30,515 nt of DNA, taken from assembly GCA_963977015.1 (NCBI GenBank), contig CAXBMO010000041.1, positions 1 to 30,515 of the forward strand, given 5' to 3'. Under the pieces are notes generated by a model. It searched no databases. It was given only the letters and a program-made list of their open reading frames with translations, and was not told the DNA's origin. Positions 26,502-30,515 of the stretch are shown here, piece after piece. This DNA comes from an uncultured bacterium. GTDB taxonomy: Bacteria; Verrucomicrobiota; Verrucomicrobiia; Verrucomicrobiales; DEV007. The stretch's first letter is position 1. Each line of letters starts with the position of its first letter. Position numbers and translations under genes: made by a program.

Positions 26502-28385
26502 TTAGAAGCGAAGTTTGGCACCGCCGAAGACGCCAAGGCCGCGGCCCGGGAATCCGGAGATTTCCTCATAGTCTTCGTCAAAGGCGTTTTCGACCCGGAA
26601 GAAGACGTCGAGATCTTCGTTCACGGCGAGGTTGGTGTAGAACCGCGCGATGAAGTAGTCGTCACCGGTGATGGTTTCGAAGGTTGTGGCGTCGATGTCG
26701 AGCCGGTCGTTGAGCCAGTACCCGCCCATGCCGACGGTGAAGCGATCACAAAGCTGCGTGTTCAGGTCGAACCCGAGCGTGTGGGTGGGGCGGCGGACGA
26801 GCCGGTCGCCGGAGGCGTCATTCGTCGCTTCGAGATAGGTGTAGGCGAGTTGGTAGTTGATCTGGTTCAGCAGGGATCCCGCCCAGGCAACCTCGAGACC
26901 GGAGGTGGAGGCTTCTTCCAAATTTTCGACGGAGGAAACCGGACCGGCAAAACTCGTTGAGATGAGGTCGTCGAGTTGGTTGTCGAACCACGTCACCGCG
27001 ATGGTGCCGAGTTCGGCGATTTGTTGTTCGACGCCGACATCCCAGCCGAGAGATTCCTCGGGATCCAGTTCGGGATTTCCGACGAAGAACGGGCTGGTGG
27101 CATAAAGTTCAAAGAAGGACGGGGCGCGGAAACCCGTGCCGACACTGGCGCGGAAGGTCGTGCCCGTTTCCTCGAGATGATAGGCGCCGGCACCGCGATA
27201 ATTCACGGTGTCGCCAAAGGAGTCGTAGTCCTCCCAACGCACGCCGCCGGTGACGGACAGCGCCTTGGTCAGTTGGAGCTGTTGCTGGAAGTAGAGCGAA
27301 AAGAGCTGCTCGGAATCGTCCACGCCGCCGAACCCGGTGTTGGAAACCGCGGTGTCCTCAAATCCCACGCCAAGCAGGGAGGTGTGGCCGCCGCCCCATT
27401 CCAGCGTGTTGCGCCAGTCGAGGATGATCTTCTCGTTGTCGATCGTGCTGCTGCCCGTCGGGGGGAATTCAAAGTCGACCTGTTGATCCAGAAAACCGGC
27501 GACGAGCCGGGTGCTCAGTTGGTCGTTGAACTGGTGATCGAGATAGGAGGTGAGCAGCAAAAAGCTGTCGCGATCCAGGTTGTCGGGATCCTGATCAAAG
27601 ACGCTGCCGGGAGAACCAAACTCGCGTTCCGCGCCGCGAAAGGTGAACCCAAAGGTGGTCGCCTCGCTCAGCGGTTGGTCGATCCGGCCCGCGTAATAGA
27701 AGTTCTCGAAGTCGTTGTTCGGGCGATCGTTCGCCGTTTCGTCGTAACCGAGCGAAAGCGAATAGGCGGTGGTTCCCAACTCGCCGCTGCTCGAAAACTG
27801 GGTGCCGAACGTGCCGAAGGAGCCGGTCATCGCCTCAATCTGGCTGACGGGCGTTCCGCTGCCGCGTTCGGTGCTCAGGCTGATCACGCCACCGATCGCT
27901 TCGCCACCGTAAAGGGCGCTTTGCGGTCCGCGCAGCACTTCGATCGAGCTGAGGCCGTGAGCCGCCGCGGCACCGGTAAACGGCTGCGACAGAATGTTGG
28001 AGTCGTTGATGCGAACGCCGTCGACCAGGAACTGGGTCTGGTTCGAATTGACGCCCCGCAGAAAGACCGAGGAGTTGGAGCCTTTCTGCCCACTGGTGGC
28101 GAAGGTCACGCCCGGCGCAAACTTGAGCGCGTCCTCAAAACTGCGGATCTGGCTCGCTTCCAATTTGCTGCCCGGGATGATGGTGATGGCACTGCCAACC
28201 TCGGTTTGCGGAAGCGGAAACTTCGTGGGAGTCACCACCATCGTTTCAAGCTCGAAACTCGCTTCGGGCGAGATCGCTTGATCGGCAGGGATGGACGTTT
28301 CTGGGCTCTGTGCGAGCGCGACAGTCGCCGTGGAGACGGCAAGAAGCGCTGCACCCGACGTTCGGATGAGTTTGGTGATGTTCAT
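26502..28385 (-). CDS. btuB: TonB-dependent receptor, BtuB-like
   Basis: TonB box ETMVVT, plug motif IEVLRGPQSALYG..AIGGVI, GFRAPS and a C-terminal F; downstream of a cobalamin riboswitch. Confidence 0.88.
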   Translation of the reverse strand: MNITKLIRTSGAALLAVSTATVALAQSPETSIPADQAISPEASFELETMVVTPTKFPLPQTEVGSAITIIPGSKLEASQIRSFEDALKFAPGVTFATSGQKGSNSSVFLRGVNSNQTQFLVDGVRINDSNILSQPFTGAAAAHGLSSIEVLRGPQSALYGGEAIGGVISLSTERGSGTPVSQIEAMTGSFGTFGTQFSSSGELGTTAYSLSLGYDETANDRPNNDFENFYYAGRIDQPLSEATTFGFTFRGAEREFGSPGSVFDQDPDNLDRDSFLLLTSYLDHQFNDQLSTRLVAGFLDQQVDFEFPPTGSSTIDNEKIILDWRNTLEWGGGHTSLLGVGFEDTAVSNTGFGGVDDSEQLFSLYFQQQLQLTKALSVTGGVRWEDYDSFGDTVNYRGAGAYHLEETGTTFRASVGTGFRAPSFFELYATSPFFVGNPELDPEESLGWDVGVEQQIAELGTIAVTWFDNQLDDLISTSFAGPVSSVENLEEASTSGLEVAWAGSLLNQINYQLAYTYLEATNDASGDRLVRRPTHTLGFDLNTQLCDRFTVGMGGYWLNDRLDIDATTFETITGDDYFIARFYTNLAVNEDLDVFFRVENAFDEDYEEISGFPGRGLGVFGGAKLRF

Positions 28386-28424
28386 AATGTCCTGGCCAGT
28401 GGACCGCTGGCTGGTTCAAAGTTT

Positions 28425-28530
28425 CCATCAGGCGGGCGATCCGGCTCAAAGAGACAAACTCTTCTCACGGTGGCGGCACCGCTCCAGAATTACACTGGAT
28501 TCTCCTCTTTGTTAACTGTCCACCAGATGG
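28425..28530 (-). ncRNA. Cobalamin riboswitch (short, class II-like)
   Basis: Minus strand AAGAGGAGAATCCAGTGTAATTCTGGAGCGGTGCCGCCACCGTGA...GAGCCGGATCGCCCGCC, closed by CCATC/GATGG, about 40 bp upstream of btuB. Confidence 0.85.
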
Positions 28531-28648
28531 CGAACTTCCCGATGGTGTATCCAGGCTTTTCCCGGAGACAGTGCGATGGTAGGGAGTCCGGGCGATTGGT
28601 CAACCCTAAGTTGACGGCAAGTGTGTCGCCGCGGGGGAGCTTCGCCCC

Positions 28649-28963
28649 TTAATCCAAGGGCTTTCCTTCGCTCTCCAGTTGCTCCATCACTTTCTGGAAT
28701 CCCTTCAACGCATCGGATTTGGCTCGCTCGAAATCGGCGAGGGCTTCGCGACCACTTTCCAGGGACGATCCACCTTGCGTGCGGAGAAACGAATCGATCC
28801 CCTTGCCATGATGGTAGTAGGCGCGGAGCCGGTATCGGGCGACGAGTTCGCCGCATTGGGCACAGCGCACATAAACCGTGTCCGGTTCGCCTTGCTCACG
28901 GGTGAGGAGGTTCTGAACCTCAAGCGAATCGCAGTTTTGGCAGCGTTGACGATGGATTTCCAT
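28649..28963 (-). CDS. Small zinc-ribbon protein
   Basis: MEIHRQRCQNC...RCAQC (two CxxC). ATG 28963 lies 19 bp after the DASS stop. Confidence 0.8.
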   Translation of the reverse strand: MEIHRQRCQNCDSLEVQNLLTREQGEPDTVYVRCAQCGELVARYRLRAYYHHGKGIDSFLRTQGGSSLESGREALADFERAKSDALKGFQKVMEQLESEGKPLD

Positions 28964-28982
28964 GATCGGTTGGGGGCTTTGG

Positions 28983-30389
28983 TTAGAAGATTCCGACAAC
29001 GTCCCACCATCTCCATCCGAGCGCAAACACGAGGAAGACGCCAAGGACGGTGAGCGCGAGGCCGGGCTTGATGAGGTCTGCAACGCGGAGTTCGCCCGAA
29101 CTGAAGGCGAGGGCGTTGGGGGGCGTGGAAATCGGCAGGGGCATGGCCAGCGAGCAACAGAAGGCGACCGCAATCATCACCGGAGCCGAATCCGCGATTC
29201 CCATGCCGACGACAATCGGGAGGAGCAGGTTGGCTGTCGCCGTGTTGCTCATGACCGACGACATGGAGACTGCGGCAATGCCGACAATGATCGCGAGGCT
29301 GTAGGTGCCCACTCCATCAATGGGGAGCTGCTGCACCACCCAATCTGCGAGGCCGCTTTGCGACATCGCCGCGCCGAGGCAGAGACCACCGCCCATCACA
29401 AAAAGCACATCCCACGAGAGCGAGCGAAAATCCCGCACGTTGAGAAGTCGCAGGCCGAAGAAGAGCAGCACCGGGATCAGGGCAATCGTCCCGGAGGAAA
29501 GTCCGTGCCACTCGGTCGTCATCCAGCCGATCACGGTGATGAGCGTGCCAATGATGACGACGGTGACGCCGGGTTTGGGCACAAACTTGCGGCTGGTAAG
29601 GTCTTTCGTTTCCAGATCGCCTTTGACCTGAAACAGCTTCCTCAAGAGAAACCAGGCGACGACGATGAGGACGAGCACCATGGGGACTCCGATCGTCATC
29701 CAACGGACAAAACTGGGGGCCTGGTCCACCCCGGCGAGATACTGCATCGCGATCGCGTTGGGGGGACTGCCGATGGGGGTGCCGAGGCCGCCGATGTTCG
29801 CGGCGAAGGGAATGCCGAGGACGAGGCCCTTGCGAGCCGGTTGCCCCTCCGGGATGCTGTTCGCCATCGGCAGAATGAGCGCGAGCATCATGGCCGAGGC
29901 CGCCGTGTTGCTCAGCCACATGGAAAGGAAGGCGGTGATGGCCATGACGGCGAGGAGCAGCCGGGGCAGCGAGGAACCGGTCCGTTGGAGAATGCGCCGC
30001 GCGAGCTGTTCGTCGAGCTGGAACTTGTTCAGCGCCGTCGAAATCACGAACCCGCCGAGAAAGAGCAGGATGACGTTCGAGAAAAACGGCGCGGTGAAGA
30101 CCGAACTCGAAACCGTCGTGCCCGCGCGCTCCAATCCCGGCTGAAGCCAGACGAGCGAGAGAAACAGGATCAACAGACTCGTGACAAAGAGCGGAATCGC
30201 CTCCGTGATCCAGAGAATGGCCGCCACGATCAGAATGGCGAAGGCGATTTGCGCGGGGCCGGTCATGCCAAAGGCCGAAAACGCGCCGGTCGCCGCGACC
30301 AGAATCACGATCGCGGCAACTCCGGCCCAGGTCACGTGGGAGCGATGGATCCGGAAGAAGTCGGCGAGGACGCGGTTGTCGTTTTCCAT
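28983..30389 (-). CDS. DASS/SLC13 sodium:anion symporter
   Basis: LWITEAIP, SMWLSNTA, ANIGGLGTPIGSPPN, MSNTATA and LPISTPPNA motifs. Confidence 0.93.
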   Translation of the reverse strand: MENDNRVLADFFRIHRSHVTWAGVAAIVILVAATGAFSAFGMTGPAQIAFAILIVAAILWITEAIPLFVTSLLILFLSLVWLQPGLERAGTTVSSSVFTAPFFSNVILLFLGGFVISTALNKFQLDEQLARRILQRTGSSLPRLLLAVMAITAFLSMWLSNTAASAMMLALILPMANSIPEGQPARKGLVLGIPFAANIGGLGTPIGSPPNAIAMQYLAGVDQAPSFVRWMTIGVPMVLVLIVVAWFLLRKLFQVKGDLETKDLTSRKFVPKPGVTVVIIGTLITVIGWMTTEWHGLSSGTIALIPVLLFFGLRLLNVRDFRSLSWDVLFVMGGGLCLGAAMSQSGLADWVVQQLPIDGVGTYSLAIIVGIAAVSMSSVMSNTATANLLLPIVVGMGIADSAPVMIAVAFCCSLAMPLPISTPPNALAFSSGELRVADLIKPGLALTVLGVFLVFALGWRWWDVVGIF

Positions 30390-30515
30390 GGGTGGCGAAA
30401 TGCCTAGCGTTTTCTGTGCCAAGTTCCAACCGGCAACGCGTCATAACTTCGCCGCGGGCTTCGCAACCCAGGGCGCGTTTGAAAATGAGGTCGAGACGCG
30501 CTGCGAGTGATTTTG

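Noticed and set aside
1-30515. Integron integrase or other tyrosine recombinase gene
   Set aside because: No ORF with R-H-x-x-R-H-Y catalytic motifs was seen; one may lie outside the window.

Overview
GC-rich bacterial DNA with a gene content typical of the PVC superphylum, most likely Verrucomicrobia (DUF1549/DUF1553 protein, PPC-repeat protein, sulfatase fragment, RAYT/REP elements). The backbone genes are arsR-acr3, a PPC-repeat protein, vapBC, a C39-like peptidase, a CDP-alcohol phosphatidyltransferase, a DUF1549/1553 protein, mutS, a cobalamin-riboswitch btuB-DUF6580-tonB operon and a DASS transporter. Several accessory segments are interspersed. The most interesting are two integron-type cassette clusters with no integrase in the window (1-1257 and 13426-14851). 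Each cassette starts with a GTT core just before its ATG, and one canonical 59-bp attC is present. The clusters are bracketed by two conserved non-coding repeats: a ~230-bp attI-like 'B' head (3 copies) and a ~130-bp 'A' tail (2 copies) fused at the R'' box of the last cassette. The second cluster lies next to a group II intron RT/maturase relic, inside a 47-bp direct repeat. Other accessory features are a sulfatase truncated by an AT-richer ParA + partner insert, a REP-flanked IS200/RAYT pseudogene, and a triplicated mutS 3' end interleaved with a TA module, REPINs and an intact RAYT.
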